DNA of 38,439 nucleotides. Source: Burkholderiales bacterium (GTDB lineage: Bacteria > Pseudomonadota > Gammaproteobacteria > Burkholderiales > SG8-39). Positions 16,044 to 24,775 of the stretch are shown piece after piece. The notes under the pieces are model-generated. The model saw nothing but the letters and a program-made list of their open reading frames with translations. It did no database searches and had not been told where the DNA came from. Position numbers and translations under genes: made by a program. The stretch's first letter is position 1. Every line of letters starts with the position of its first letter. The stretch covers positions 1 to 38,439 of the forward strand of contig CAKKSJ010000395.1 in assembly GCA_919902965.1 (NCBI GenBank). The letters run 5' to 3'.

Positions 16044-17452
16044 AGCTGCTGCCGCGTTCGCTGTTCGGCCGTACGCTGCTGGTGCTGATCACCGGACTGG
16101 TGCTCGCCGAGCTCGCCAGCCAGGTGGTCAACTTCTTCGACCGCGGCAGCGGCGTGTACCGGCTTGGCGCACAGCAGACGGCGCTGCGGATTGCGCAGTC
16201 CGCGCGGATCCTGAACCGTCTTTCCACAGAGCAGCGCGGCGCGGTGATCGAGGAACTGAACGGACCGAGTTTCAGCGTCGTCCTGGGAGGCGCGCCGGTC
16301 GCCGTCGGAAAAGGCTACGCCGAACACGACCGCTATGAGCGCGCGCTTGCCGAACTGATCAAGCGTTACCTCCGATCGGAATGGAGCGCCACGGTGCAAA
16401 TCACCAGCCTGGGGCGGGCAGCGCGCCCCGCCCGTTACGAGGCGGTCGACACCAGCCCGTTCGAGCAGTGGATTGCACGCCATTTCTATTTCATCCTTCC
16501 GGGCACATTTTCGATCGTCTCGCAAATCCCGCTGGAAGACGGCACCATGGCAGTGTTCTACGCGCGCATTCCGCAGGAGCCGCTCAGCCGGATCGAATCA
16601 TTGCTGCCCAGGCTGCTGCTCACGCTCGCCATTTTCGCCGCGCTCGGCGCGGTCGCGGTGGGCGCGATTACGCGTTCGCTGGAACGACTCGCGCGCGCCG
16701 CCGATCAAGTCGGCGCCGAACCCGAGGGCGCATCGCTGCCGGAGCACGGACCGAGCGAGGTGCGCAGCGTGATCCACGCTTTCAACCGCATGCGTCTGGA
16801 CATGCGCAGCTACGTACTGGAACGCGCGCGCATGCTCGGCGCCATTTCGCACGATCTGCAGACGCCGATTACCCGGCTGCGGCTCAGGGCGGAAATGATT
16901 CCGGACGCAGACAGCCGGGCGAAGTTCGTGCGCGACCTGGATGAGATGGAGGCGATGGCCGGTTCGGCGCTGGAGTTCTTCAAGAGCCTGGGCAATGAGC
17001 CGCAGCGCCACCCTCTGGACGTGGGGGCGCTGGTGGACAGCCTGTGCGAAGACTGGGTCGACACCGGCCGCGACGTGAGCGTGCAGGGCGCGCCTCGCGG
17101 TCCGTACAACGCGCACCCGCAGGCGATGCGCCGCTGCATCGACAATCTGATCGAAAACGCATTGCGCTACGGTGTACGGGCGCGGGTCTATATCGAGGAT
17201 GACGACAAGTCCCTGCGCATCACCGTGCGCGATGACGGCCCGGGCATCCCCGAACAGGAACTGGAGCGGGTGTTCGAGCCGTTTTTCCGCCTGGAGCAGT
17301 CGCGCAATCGCGACAGCGGGGGTACGGGTCTGGGTCTTTCCATCGCGCGCAATATTGCGCGCTGGCACGGGGGCGAGATCCACCTGCGCAATGCCCCCGA
17401 GGGCAAAGGGCTGATCGCCGAACTGGTCCTGCCGCGTTCCCGGTCGGGCTGA
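16040..17452 (+). CDS. EnvZ-like sensor histidine kinase
   Basis: MKLLPRSLFGRTLLVLITGLVLA TM1, H-box ISHDLQTPITRLRLRAE, N-box DNLIENALRYG, G-boxes DDGPGIP and GGTGLGLSIARNIA. The ATG at 16040 overlaps the regulator stop (ATGA). Confidence 0.9.
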   Translation: MKLLPRSLFGRTLLVLITGLVLAELASQVVNFFDRGSGVYRLGAQQTALRIAQSARILNRLSTEQRGAVIEELNGPSFSVVLGGAPVAVGKGYAEHDRYERALAELIKRYLRSEWSATVQITSLGRAARPARYEAVDTSPFEQWIARHFYFILPGTFSIVSQIPLEDGTMAVFYARIPQEPLSRIESLLPRLLLTLAIFAALGAVAVGAITRSLERLARAADQVGAEPEGASLPEHGPSEVRSVIHAFNRMRLDMRSYVLERARMLGAISHDLQTPITRLRLRAEMIPDADSRAKFVRDLDEMEAMAGSALEFFKSLGNEPQRHPLDVGALVDSLCEDWVDTGRDVSVQGAPRGPYNAHPQAMRRCIDNLIENALRYGVRARVYIEDDDKSLRITVRDDGPGIPEQELERVFEPFFRLEQSRNRDSGGTGLGLSIARNIARWHGGEIHLRNAPEGKGLIAELVLPRSRSG

Positions 17453-17482
17453 TACCCGCTCCGCCGCCGGCGGCGCGCGTGA

Positions 17483-17668
17483 TCAGACCAGCTGATCCCA
17501 ATAGCCCAGCATTTGCTCGCGCATGCGCGCGTCGGGGATGCGGCCGCGCGTCGCATTCAGATTGTCGAGCGCGTATTCCGGCCGGTCCGTGCCCGGGATG
17601 ACGGTTGTCGCCGCGGAGTTGGCTAACACGAACTTCGGGAAGAACTGTGCCCAACTGCTGCAATATCT
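17483..17668 (-). pseudogene. C-terminal remnant (~60 aa) of an aldo/keto reductase
   Basis: ...CSSWAQFFPKFVLANSAATTVIPGTDRPEYALDNLNATRGRIPDARMREQM matches my memory of AKR C-termini (SWAQFFLK..HPAVTC.IPGTS.PEH..DN....G.LPDA). The ~270 upstream residues are absent and the space is taken by the opposite-strand fprA-like gene. Confidence 0.55.
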
Positions 17669-17697
17669 TAATGCCGTCCCGGCGGTTAAAATAGCGC

Positions 17698-19047
17698 ATG
17701 CGCGTCGCAATCATCGGTTCCGGCCCGGCCGGCTTTTACGCGGCAGAGGCGCTATTGAGGCGCACTGACGCGGCAGTCGATGTCGACCTATTCGAGCGTC
17801 TCCCGACCCCGTACGGCCTGGTGCGGGGAGGGGTCGCGCCCGACCACCAGAAGATCAAAACGGTAATCCGCGTCTTTGCGGCCACGGCCGCGCGTCCGAC
17901 TTTCAGGTTTCTGGGAAATGTCTGCCTTGGGCGTGACGTGAGGGTGGAGGAACTGCGCCGGCATTATCATCAGATTGTCTACGCCACCGGCAACGAAGCT
18001 GACCGCCGTCTGGGTATTCCCGGCGAAGGCATTGCGCGCTGCACGCCGGCGACGGTGTTCGTGGGCTGGTACAACGGACATCCCGACTATCGCAACGCGA
18101 GCATCGATTTGTCGGTAGAGCGCGTCGCGGTGGTGGGCAACGGCAACGTGGCGGTCGACGCCGCGCGGATACTGCTGCGCACGCCGGCGGAACTCGAAAA
18201 AACCGATATCGCCGCGCACGCGCTGGAAACCTTGCGCAATAGCAAGGTGCGTGAAGTATTCATGCTCGGGCGGCGCGGACCGGAGCAAGCGGCGTTTTCC
18301 TCGGCTGAAATCAAGGAACTCGGCACGATGGAGGCGGCGGACCCGGTGATTGCAGCTGGCGAGCTTGCGGGCTGTGCGCACTCCACCGGCAACGCGGAAA
18401 CGGACAGGAACCTGAAGGTTCTCCGTGCCCTCGCAGCGAAAGCGCCGCGCGCGGATGCAAAAAAACTCCACTTGCGCTTTCTTGTCTCGCCTACGCAGAT
18501 CATCGCCGATGCCGAAGGCAGGGTGGCCGGCATCGCGATCGAGAAGAACCGTCTCGAAACACGGCCCGACGGTTCCGTTGCCGCCCGCGGTACCGGCGCG
18601 ATCGAAGTGCTCGATGTCGGCATGGTGTTGCCGGCGATAGGCTATGCGGCGGAACGCATTGCCGGCGTCCCTTACGACGAGCAAGCGCGGGTCATTGCCA
18701 ACGAGGATGGCCGTGCCGTCGATCCGGCTACCCGTGCAGTCATTGCCAACGAGTATGTGGTCGGCTGGGCGCGCAGCGGGCCGCAGGGGCTGATCGGGGA
18801 GCATAAGCGCGCGTCCGCCCAGGTCGTCGGACATATGATGGCCGATGGCGCCAAACTTGAAGCGCGCGCGCTGCCGGATCGCGACGCTATCCTTGCCCTG
18901 CTGCGCGAGCGCGGCGTGCAGCCCGTCTCCTTCAGCGACTGGAAGCAGCTGGATGATGTCGAGGTCGCGCGCGGAGCGCGGCGCGGCGCGCCGCGCGACA
19001 AGATCGTCGATGTCGAGGCGATGCTCGCCGTGCTTGGCCAGAATTGA
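17698..19047 (+). CDS. Ferredoxin/adrenodoxin--NADP(+) reductase (FprA-type flavoprotein)
   Basis: MRVAIIGSGPAGFYAAEALL FAD-binding fold, VAVVGNGNVAVDAARIL NADP-binding fold, GWARSGPQGLIG near the C-terminus. 449 aa. Confidence 0.85.
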   Translation: MRVAIIGSGPAGFYAAEALLRRTDAAVDVDLFERLPTPYGLVRGGVAPDHQKIKTVIRVFAATAARPTFRFLGNVCLGRDVRVEELRRHYHQIVYATGNEADRRLGIPGEGIARCTPATVFVGWYNGHPDYRNASIDLSVERVAVVGNGNVAVDAARILLRTPAELEKTDIAAHALETLRNSKVREVFMLGRRGPEQAAFSSAEIKELGTMEAADPVIAAGELAGCAHSTGNAETDRNLKVLRALAAKAPRADAKKLHLRFLVSPTQIIADAEGRVAGIAIEKNRLETRPDGSVAARGTGAIEVLDVGMVLPAIGYAAERIAGVPYDEQARVIANEDGRAVDPATRAVIANEYVVGWARSGPQGLIGEHKRASAQVVGHMMADGAKLEARALPDRDAILALLRERGVQPVSFSDWKQLDDVEVARGARRGAPRDKIVDVEAMLAVLGQN

Positions 19048-20051
19048 ACGGGACACCGCGGGCTGGGGCGGGCGATGGCGACCACCCTATAATCGCGCAT
19101 TCTCCAGCACCGACCTCGCACTTGCCACAAAGTGCCGTCCTTGCCCGCTTTTCGCCCTACCTGCTGCTCGCCGCCGCGGTCCTGTTCTGGGCTTTGAACT
19201 GGATCGCCGGGCGCGCGTTGCGGGACGACGTACCTTCGTACTCGCTCGCATTCTGGCGCTGGGTGAGCGCGATCGTTCTGCTGCTGCCTTTCGCCTGGCC
19301 GCACCTGGTGCGCGGTTGGCCGGCGATGCGCCGCTCGTGGCGGATCATGCTCGCGCTCGGCGTGCTCGGTACGACCTTCTGCAATCTGGCCTCGTACACC
19401 GGCCTCAAGTACACCACCGCCGTGAGCGGTTCCATTCTCAATTCTTTCGTGCCCGTGATCATCATTGCGATCTCCTGGGCATTCCTGGGCCAGCGTCTGC
19501 GCGCTTCGCAGTGGGCGGGCGTTGCGATCTCGCTGACCGGGGTATTGATTATTGTCGGCCGCGGCGACCCGATGCTGATCCTGTCGCTATCGCTCAATCG
19601 CGGCGACCTGTGGATCTTCGCGTCGATGCTGCTATGGGCGCTTTACACGGTTTGCCTGCGCTGGCGGCCGCCGGACCTGCATCCGCTCGGCCTCCTCGGC
19701 GCGAATGCGATCGTCGGCGTGGTCACCATGCTGCCCGTGTACATCTGGTCGCTTTCACAGAGTATGCACATTACCTGGACGGCAGGGGCGGCGGCCGGTC
19801 TCGCCTACGTTGGTGTGTTCCCCTCGGTGGTGGGCTATATCTTCTGGAACAACGCTGTTGCGCGCGTCGGTCCCAACAAGGCCGGCATGTTCATGCACCT
19901 CATGCCGGTGTTTGCGAGCGTGCTCGCCATCGCATTTCTGGGCGAGAGTTTGCGCCTGTTCCACGTCGCCGGCATGGCGATGATACTCGGCGGCATCTGG
20001 CTCACCAGCCGCAGCCACAATCCGCAAGCCGTGGCCGGGATGGAAAACTGA
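19044..20051 (+). CDS. DMT-superfamily (EamA-like) transporter
   Basis: Ten hydrophobic helices in two EamA repeats (LLLAAAVLFWALNWIAGR...). Start is uncertain: TTG at 19044 overlaps the previous stop, and TTG at 19122 would give MPQSAVLARF. Confidence 0.8.
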   Translation: MNGTPRAGAGDGDHPIIAHSPAPTSHLPQSAVLARFSPYLLLAAAVLFWALNWIAGRALRDDVPSYSLAFWRWVSAIVLLLPFAWPHLVRGWPAMRRSWRIMLALGVLGTTFCNLASYTGLKYTTAVSGSILNSFVPVIIIAISWAFLGQRLRASQWAGVAISLTGVLIIVGRGDPMLILSLSLNRGDLWIFASMLLWALYTVCLRWRPPDLHPLGLLGANAIVGVVTMLPVYIWSLSQSMHITWTAGAAAGLAYVGVFPSVVGYIFWNNAVARVGPNKAGMFMHLMPVFASVLAIAFLGESLRLFHVAGMAMILGGIWLTSRSHNPQAVAGMEN

Positions 20052-20067
20052 CAGCAGGCAATCCTGA

Positions 20068-20277
20068 TCAGTCCTCCAGGGTGAAACCCACCTTGATCGT
20101 TACCTGCCAGTGGGCCACTTTCCCGTTTTCCACGTGGCCGCGCGTCTCCACGACCTCGAACCAGTGAATATTGCGCACGGATTGCGAGGCCTTGGCGATG
20201 GCGCCATCGACGGCGTCCTCGATACTCTTGGTAGAGGATCCGGTGAGTTCGATGTGCTTGTAGACATGGTTGCTCAT
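20068..20277 (-). CDS. Dodecin (small flavin-binding/storage protein)
   Basis: [69 protein letters not shown] is a classic 69-aa dodecin. AGGAGAAC RBS. It is the downstream part of track ORF 20068..20544. Confidence 0.9.
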   Translation of the reverse strand: MSNHVYKHIELTGSSTKSIEDAVDGAIAKASQSVRNIHWFEVVETRGHVENGKVAHWQVTIKVGFTLED

Positions 20278-20291
20278 GTTGTTCTCCTGAA

Positions 20292-20341
20292 GCAATTGTA
20301 GGGGATGGCCATGCGGCTGGTGCTTGCGCAGGCGCAATTGT
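20292..20341. repeat. Two copies of GCAATTGT (palindromic CAATTG core) 42 bp apart in the dodecin/MATE divergent promoter region
   Basis: Read directly at 20292-20299 and 20334-20341. Confidence 0.7.
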
Positions 20342-20390
20342 CCGCCTTTTCCGGTGTTCACTGCAATGCGCGCTTGCGTCGCCGCGGCTG

Positions 20391-21830
20391 GTGCGGATGC
20401 GCGCCCGTCGTCGTATCTCTGCAATAATGCCGCACATGCTGCGCTCGCCCAATCAAGCTGCACGCCCTGTTTCGCCGCCTGACGCGCGCGCGCGCCTGCT
20501 CGAAGGGCCGATCCTCGCAACGCTGCTGCGCCTTTCGGTGCCAAACATCGCTTTGGTCGGTGCGCAGCTGGCGGTCAATATTGCGGAGACCTATTTCGTC
20601 GGACGACTGGGTACGCAGGCACTGGCCGGAGTTTCGCTCGTATTCCCGGTCGTGATGCTGATGCAGATGATGTCGGCTGGGGCCATGGGCGGGGGCATTT
20701 CCTCCGCCATCGCGAGGGCGCTCGGCGGCCACCGTCAGGACGATGCCGAAGCGCTCGCCTGGCATGCCGTGCTGATCGCGTTGGCGCTGGGCGCCGGTTT
20801 CACCATCGGGGCGCTGGTTTTCGGCCCGAGCCTGTATCGATTGCTCGGCGGAGACGGGGCGACGCTCGGCGACGCACTCGCGTATTCAAATATCGTGTTC
20901 GGGGGCGCCGTATTCGCATGGTTGATGAACAGCCTGGCGAGTGTGCTGCGCGGCAGCGGCGATATGCGCACGCCCGCCGTGATCCTGGTGGCCGGCGCGC
21001 TGGTCATGATCGCAGTGTCGCCCTTGCTCATTTTCGGAGCAGGGCCGCTGCCTGGCTTCGGGCTGCGCGGCGCGGCGCTTGCGCTGGTCGCCTATTATTT
21101 CGCCGGCAGCGTTCTCCTCGGCTGGCGCATACTGCGCGGCGCAACGCTGGTTTCCCTGCGGCCCTGCCGTCCGTGCTGGCCTTATTTCTCTCGAATATTG
21201 AAGGTCGGCGTGCCGGCCTGTGTACATGCCGCGCTGATCAATACGGCGGTCGCAGTGACGACCGGCTTCGTCGGCGTTTATGGCGCGGCAGCGCTTGCAG
21301 GTTATGGCATAGGTGCGCGACTCGAGTATCTGCAGATACCCATAGTGTTTGGCCTGGGCGCCACGCTGGTCGCCATGGTCGGAACCAATGTCGGTGCGGG
21401 CCAGTTCGAGCGGGCACGCAGAATCGCCTGGACCGGCGGATTGTTTGCGGCAGGCATTTGCGGCGCCATCGGTACCGTGGTGGCCGTCGCACCGCGGCTA
21501 TGGGCCGGCGCGTTCACGCGCGACCCCGAAGTGCTCGCGGTCGCTACCCAGTATTTTCATATCGCCGGGCCGAGCTATGCCTTCCTTGGCCTGGGAATGG
21601 CCTTGTACTTTTCGTTTCAGGGCACCGGTCGCATGTTGTGGCCGCTGCTGTGCGTCAGCCTGCGGATACTGATCATTGCGGCTGGCTGCACACTCGCGAC
21701 GCGCGCATTTGCGCTCGGTCTGGGCGGCTTGTTCGCCGTCACCGCAGCGGCATTGGTCGCGTTCGGGGCCATGTACGCAGTGGGTGTTTGGCGCTTTTTC
21801 TCGCACGCCGGGCAGCGGCAAAAAAAATAG
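20391..21830 (+). CDS. MATE-family efflux transporter
   Basis: [39 protein letters not shown] is a typical MATE N-terminus. 12 helices. Start is uncertain (ATG at 20427 also possible). Confidence 0.85.
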   Translation: MRMRARRRISAIMPHMLRSPNQAARPVSPPDARARLLEGPILATLLRLSVPNIALVGAQLAVNIAETYFVGRLGTQALAGVSLVFPVVMLMQMMSAGAMGGGISSAIARALGGHRQDDAEALAWHAVLIALALGAGFTIGALVFGPSLYRLLGGDGATLGDALAYSNIVFGGAVFAWLMNSLASVLRGSGDMRTPAVILVAGALVMIAVSPLLIFGAGPLPGFGLRGAALALVAYYFAGSVLLGWRILRGATLVSLRPCRPCWPYFSRILKVGVPACVHAALINTAVAVTTGFVGVYGAAALAGYGIGARLEYLQIPIVFGLGATLVAMVGTNVGAGQFERARRIAWTGGLFAAGICGAIGTVVAVAPRLWAGAFTRDPEVLAVATQYFHIAGPSYAFLGLGMALYFSFQGTGRMLWPLLCVSLRILIIAAGCTLATRAFALGLGGLFAVTAAALVAFGAMYAVGVWRFFSHAGQRQKK

Positions 21831-22366
21831 GCCGCCCGAACGCTGTCCGGCAGCCTATCAAGAACGGTCTTCGGCAATGCCGCCAACGACCGCTCACGCT
21901 CACCGCAGGGACTCGACGCGCGTGACACTTCCGGTCACTCACGCAGTACGGTCCGATTTTTCTGGCGGTCTCCTCCTCCTCCTCGATTAGGGTCGAAACA
22001 ACACCTCTGCCGGATTCGGCGGAACAAAGGCTGGAACCCATGGAAGCATGGTCATGGTATTTGAAACAAAGATTTTGCGCAATATCATATTTTCGCCTTA
22101 GCTTGCGATCTCCGGGTTCCCTCGCAGCGGGGGCTTAATCAAGGCAAAAACATGGTGTTCCAGAAATAAATTGACCGGCGCATACAAATTCTGCGCAAAT
22201 ACGCTAGCCGCAATCGCGCGCGTAGCGATACACTCTGCGGTGGAATCTGCCTGACCGCATAGGCAAGCGGGCTGTGCTTTCGCATATCGCATGGACGCTA
22301 GCCGGTTAGCTTTTTTTGAGGCGATTGCGACATCCGATTCTTCAAACACGGCGGCGTAAAACAAAA

Positions 22367-22906
22367 ATGGAAAAACGCAAAGCAAGCAATTCCGGCCTTA
22401 ACAGTGAGGACACGCCCGCGGCTTCTGCAGCCACTTCACCCGGCCAGAAGAAACGGCTCGAGGTATTGAAACAATTTCGAGTGCTGTTGCGCTCGATCAA
22501 ACGGCACTATCAGTGGATCGAAAAAGAGTGCGGGATGAGCGGCGCGCAACTGTGGGCGATGGCGGAAATCGCGGAGGCACCCGGCATCAAAGTGAGTGAT
22601 CTCGCACGTCGGCTGGGGGTGCATTTGTCCACGGCGAGCAATATGCTGCGGCGGCTGGAGGAATTGTCGCTGGTAAAACGGATACGTACCGGAAAGGATC
22701 ACCGCGTGGTGCAATTGGAGATTACGTCCAAAGGTGCAAAAATTCTGAGTAAGGCGCCGCGCCCGCTGGTCGGTGTTCTGCAACAGGCCCTCGCGGATCT
22801 TCCGCAGCGCCGGCTGGATACCCTGCATGCCGAACTGGGCGAAGTCATCCGGTTGATGAAGTTCAAGGATAGCAAGGCGCGGACCACGCCTTTGTCCGAT
22901 CTATAG
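22367..22906 (+). CDS. MarR-family transcriptional regulator
   Basis: Winged HTH: GAQLWAMAEIAEAPGIKVSDLARRLGVHLSTASNMLRRLEELSLVKRIRTGKDHRVVQLEITSKG. I prefer the ATG at 22367 over the track start at 22316. Confidence 0.85.
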   Translation: MEKRKASNSGLNSEDTPAASAATSPGQKKRLEVLKQFRVLLRSIKRHYQWIEKECGMSGAQLWAMAEIAEAPGIKVSDLARRLGVHLSTASNMLRRLEELSLVKRIRTGKDHRVVQLEITSKGAKILSKAPRPLVGVLQQALADLPQRRLDTLHAELGEVIRLMKFKDSKARTTPLSDL

Positions 22907-23001
22907 AGTGAAAAGCGGAGGCACAAACGTTCAAGCCGCGTTGCCGCGCCGAACTTGCGTGCATCGCGGCGGCATCGTACTCCCGGGAATGGTGGACTGA
23001 A

Positions 23002-23454
23002 ATGACCAGAATACTCCTCGTGCAAGGCGCCAACATGGCCTATCTGGGCAAGCGCGAGCCGGAGATCTATGGCACGACCAGCGCCGCAGAACTCGATCTG
23101 CTGCTGCAGGGCCACGCGCGCGAAACAGGTTTCCAGCTCGAAATCTACTATGCGCATGTCGAGGGCGAGGCGATCGCCCGCGTCTTTCGCGCGGCGGAAG
23201 AAGGGGTGGACGGCCTGCTGATGAATCCGGCCGGGTTTTCTTACGCGGGATACGCGTTGCGGGATTGCCTGCGCGCGCTGCGTGTTCCCTACGTGGAAGT
23301 GCACATGAGCAATATCGACAAGCGCGGCATCAAATCGGTCACGGCGGAAACCGCCCGCGGCGTCATCGCCGGCTTCGGCCTGCACTCCTATACCATGGGC
23401 CTGGACGCCTTGTGCGCCTTGATCGGCGATGGCAGGGACAGCGGCAGTCGCTGA
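23002..23454 (+). CDS. aroQ: Type II 3-dehydroquinate dehydratase-like protein (divergent AroQ paralogue)
   Basis: ILLVQGANMAYLGKREPEIYG, LLMNPAGFSYAGYALRDC and VEVHMSNI are colinear with type II DHQase blocks but carry substitutions (see findings). Confidence 0.7.
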   Translation: MTRILLVQGANMAYLGKREPEIYGTTSAAELDLLLQGHARETGFQLEIYYAHVEGEAIARVFRAAEEGVDGLLMNPAGFSYAGYALRDCLRALRVPYVEVHMSNIDKRGIKSVTAETARGVIAGFGLHSYTMGLDALCALIGDGRDSGSR

Positions 23455-23491
23455 TCTGATTGAGGATCATGATGACTAGGAGGTACGGCAT

Positions 23492-23878
23492 ATGAACAAG
23501 GCAGACTGGGTATTTCGCCTGCATGGGGACACGCGCGGGATTCAGCGCGAGCTGGCGAAGGGCGTCACTACGTCGATCTTTCCGGGCGAAAACGTGATGC
23601 TCTCGGTGGTACGCGTCGAGCCGAATGCGACCGGCAATGTGCACAGCCATCCCGAAGAGCAGTGGGGCGTGCTGCTGGAGGGTCAATGCACGCGCATCCA
23701 GGGCGGCGAGGAGGTGGACGCGACTGCAGGAGAATTCTGGCATACCCCGGGCGGCGTGCCCCACGGCGTGCGCACCGGCAGCGAGGGTGCGCTCATCCTG
23801 GATATCTTCAGCCCGCCGCGCGCCGAATACCGGCAAAGCGGCAAGGGATTCGGCAAGGCGATCGTTCAGGAAGCCTGA
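23492..23878 (+). CDS. Cupin-domain protein
   Basis: GNVHSHPEEQWGVLLEG ... GEFWHTPGGVPHGV is a two-motif cupin metal site. 128 aa. AGGAGG RBS upstream. Confidence 0.75.
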   Translation: MNKADWVFRLHGDTRGIQRELAKGVTTSIFPGENVMLSVVRVEPNATGNVHSHPEEQWGVLLEGQCTRIQGGEEVDATAGEFWHTPGGVPHGVRTGSEGALILDIFSPPRAEYRQSGKGFGKAIVQEA

Positions 23879-23911
23879 GCCCCAGGCCGGCGCGCGAGCA
23901 CTCGGGCGCTG

Positions 23912-24514
23912 CTAAACGTGCGGCACGGTCGCCTGCATGGATTTGCGCGCTGAAAACGTTTCGTACCACTGGCTCAACCCGTCGCGCCCCTCGCGCCAGG
24001 CGAGTTGCGGTGCGCGAAAATCCAGATAGCCGAGGGCGCAGCCCAGGGTAATCGTCGCGATGTTGGTCGTTTGCGCCAGTTTCATCGCGGCGATCCGGTC
24101 CAGCGTCCGGACGCTCTTGTCCTTCTGCCGGTCCAGCGTGCCCTGGTAAACGTACTCTTTCGGCCGGCGCAACTGTTCGGTGATGCTGGCGACCGTGGCC
24201 TCGATGATGCCGTCCGCAAAGGCGTGCAGCTGCAATACAGGCCAGCGCTCGGCCGGCTCGGATGGAATCAGGCGGGCGCCGGCATGCAGCGAATCGAGAT
24301 ATTCGCAGCACAGATAGGACCCCGCAAACACCCCCTCAGGCGTAGACAGGGCGGGTACCTTTCCCAATGGATTGTCTTTGGTGATCTCGGTATCCGGTTC
24401 CCACACATTCCCGGGAACCAGCTCAATCGAGTCCGCCAGTCCGGTTTCGTGGGCAAAAACCAGTACTTTGCGCACAAACGGCGATGCGGGGGAATACCAG
24501 AGCCTCATAGTCAT
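23912..24514 (-). CDS. Glutathione S-transferase
   Basis: MTMRLWYSPASPFVRKVLVFAHETGL ... NPLGKVPAL thioredoxin-like N-domain plus a helical C-domain. I prefer the ATG at 24514 (AGGAGACAGG RBS) over the track start at 24574. Confidence 0.8.
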   Translation of the reverse strand: MTMRLWYSPASPFVRKVLVFAHETGLADSIELVPGNVWEPDTEITKDNPLGKVPALSTPEGVFAGSYLCCEYLDSLHAGARLIPSEPAERWPVLQLHAFADGIIEATVASITEQLRRPKEYVYQGTLDRQKDKSVRTLDRIAAMKLAQTTNIATITLGCALGYLDFRAPQLAWREGRDGLSQWYETFSARKSMQATVPHV

Positions 24515-24630
24515 TTTCGCCTGTCTCCTAAGATTGAATGCCTGATTGCCGCGGCTCGCCAGCTTGCTGCGCACCCGCCTGGCGAGATCCCCTCAGCAGC
24601 AGGGAATGTGCACATATTTTACCATGTCGG

Positions 24631-24660
24631 TTGACATGCGACTATGTGAAGACTTATAAA
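24631..24660 (+). promoter_or_regulatory. Near-consensus sigma70 promoter TTGACA-17/18 bp-TATAAA upstream of the ThDP enzyme gene (~110-nt leader)
   Basis: TTGACA at 24631-24636 and TTATAAA at 24654-24660, read directly. Confidence 0.45.
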
Positions 24661-24775
24661 TATCCCCTAGGCCCGCTACCTGAGGGCGTGACTCTGCTCC
24701 GCTAGCCGTTTCTGGGTTTGCCTTGCGCAAGTCGCAGGCAGATCGGGCGCATAACTTTTGGAAGGTCATCGCATC

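Noticed and set aside
17462-17475. 14-bp GC palindrome CGCCGCCGGCGGCG between the kinase stop and the AKR remnant, as an intrinsic terminator
   Set aside because: It has no loop and no flanking T- or A-tract. It may form a short hairpin but does not meet the canonical rho-independent terminator pattern.
21970-21984. (CTC)x5 trinucleotide repeat in the 536-bp spacer upstream of marR, as a phase-variable tract
   Set aside because: Only five units, intergenic and far from any start codon or promoter element I can recognise. Too short to call.
21990-22058. 22-codon minus-strand mini-ORF (MTMLPWVPAFVPPNPAEVLFRP) and track ORFs 21739..22041 and 22098..22385 in the MATE-MarR spacer
   Set aside because: No RBS, no family resemblance and poor codon bias.
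22072-22203. TTGCGCAA-centred palindrome (22072-22085) and a weaker TGCGCA site (22187-22200) as MarR operators
   Set aside because: They lie about 165-295 bp upstream of the marR ATG and the second copy is imperfect. It is plausible, but I cannot distinguish it from chance in this AT-richer spacer.
24661-24775. TPP (THI-box) riboswitch in the ~110-nt leader of the ThDP enzyme gene; likewise a glycine riboswitch upstream of the gcvPA-like gene (2093-2197)
   Set aside because: Only a CTGAGG fragment resembles the THI-box. The conserved ACCTGATCTGGATAATGCCAGCG-type core is absent. No tandem glycine-aptamer motifs are present at 2093-2197, which instead carries a LysR box.
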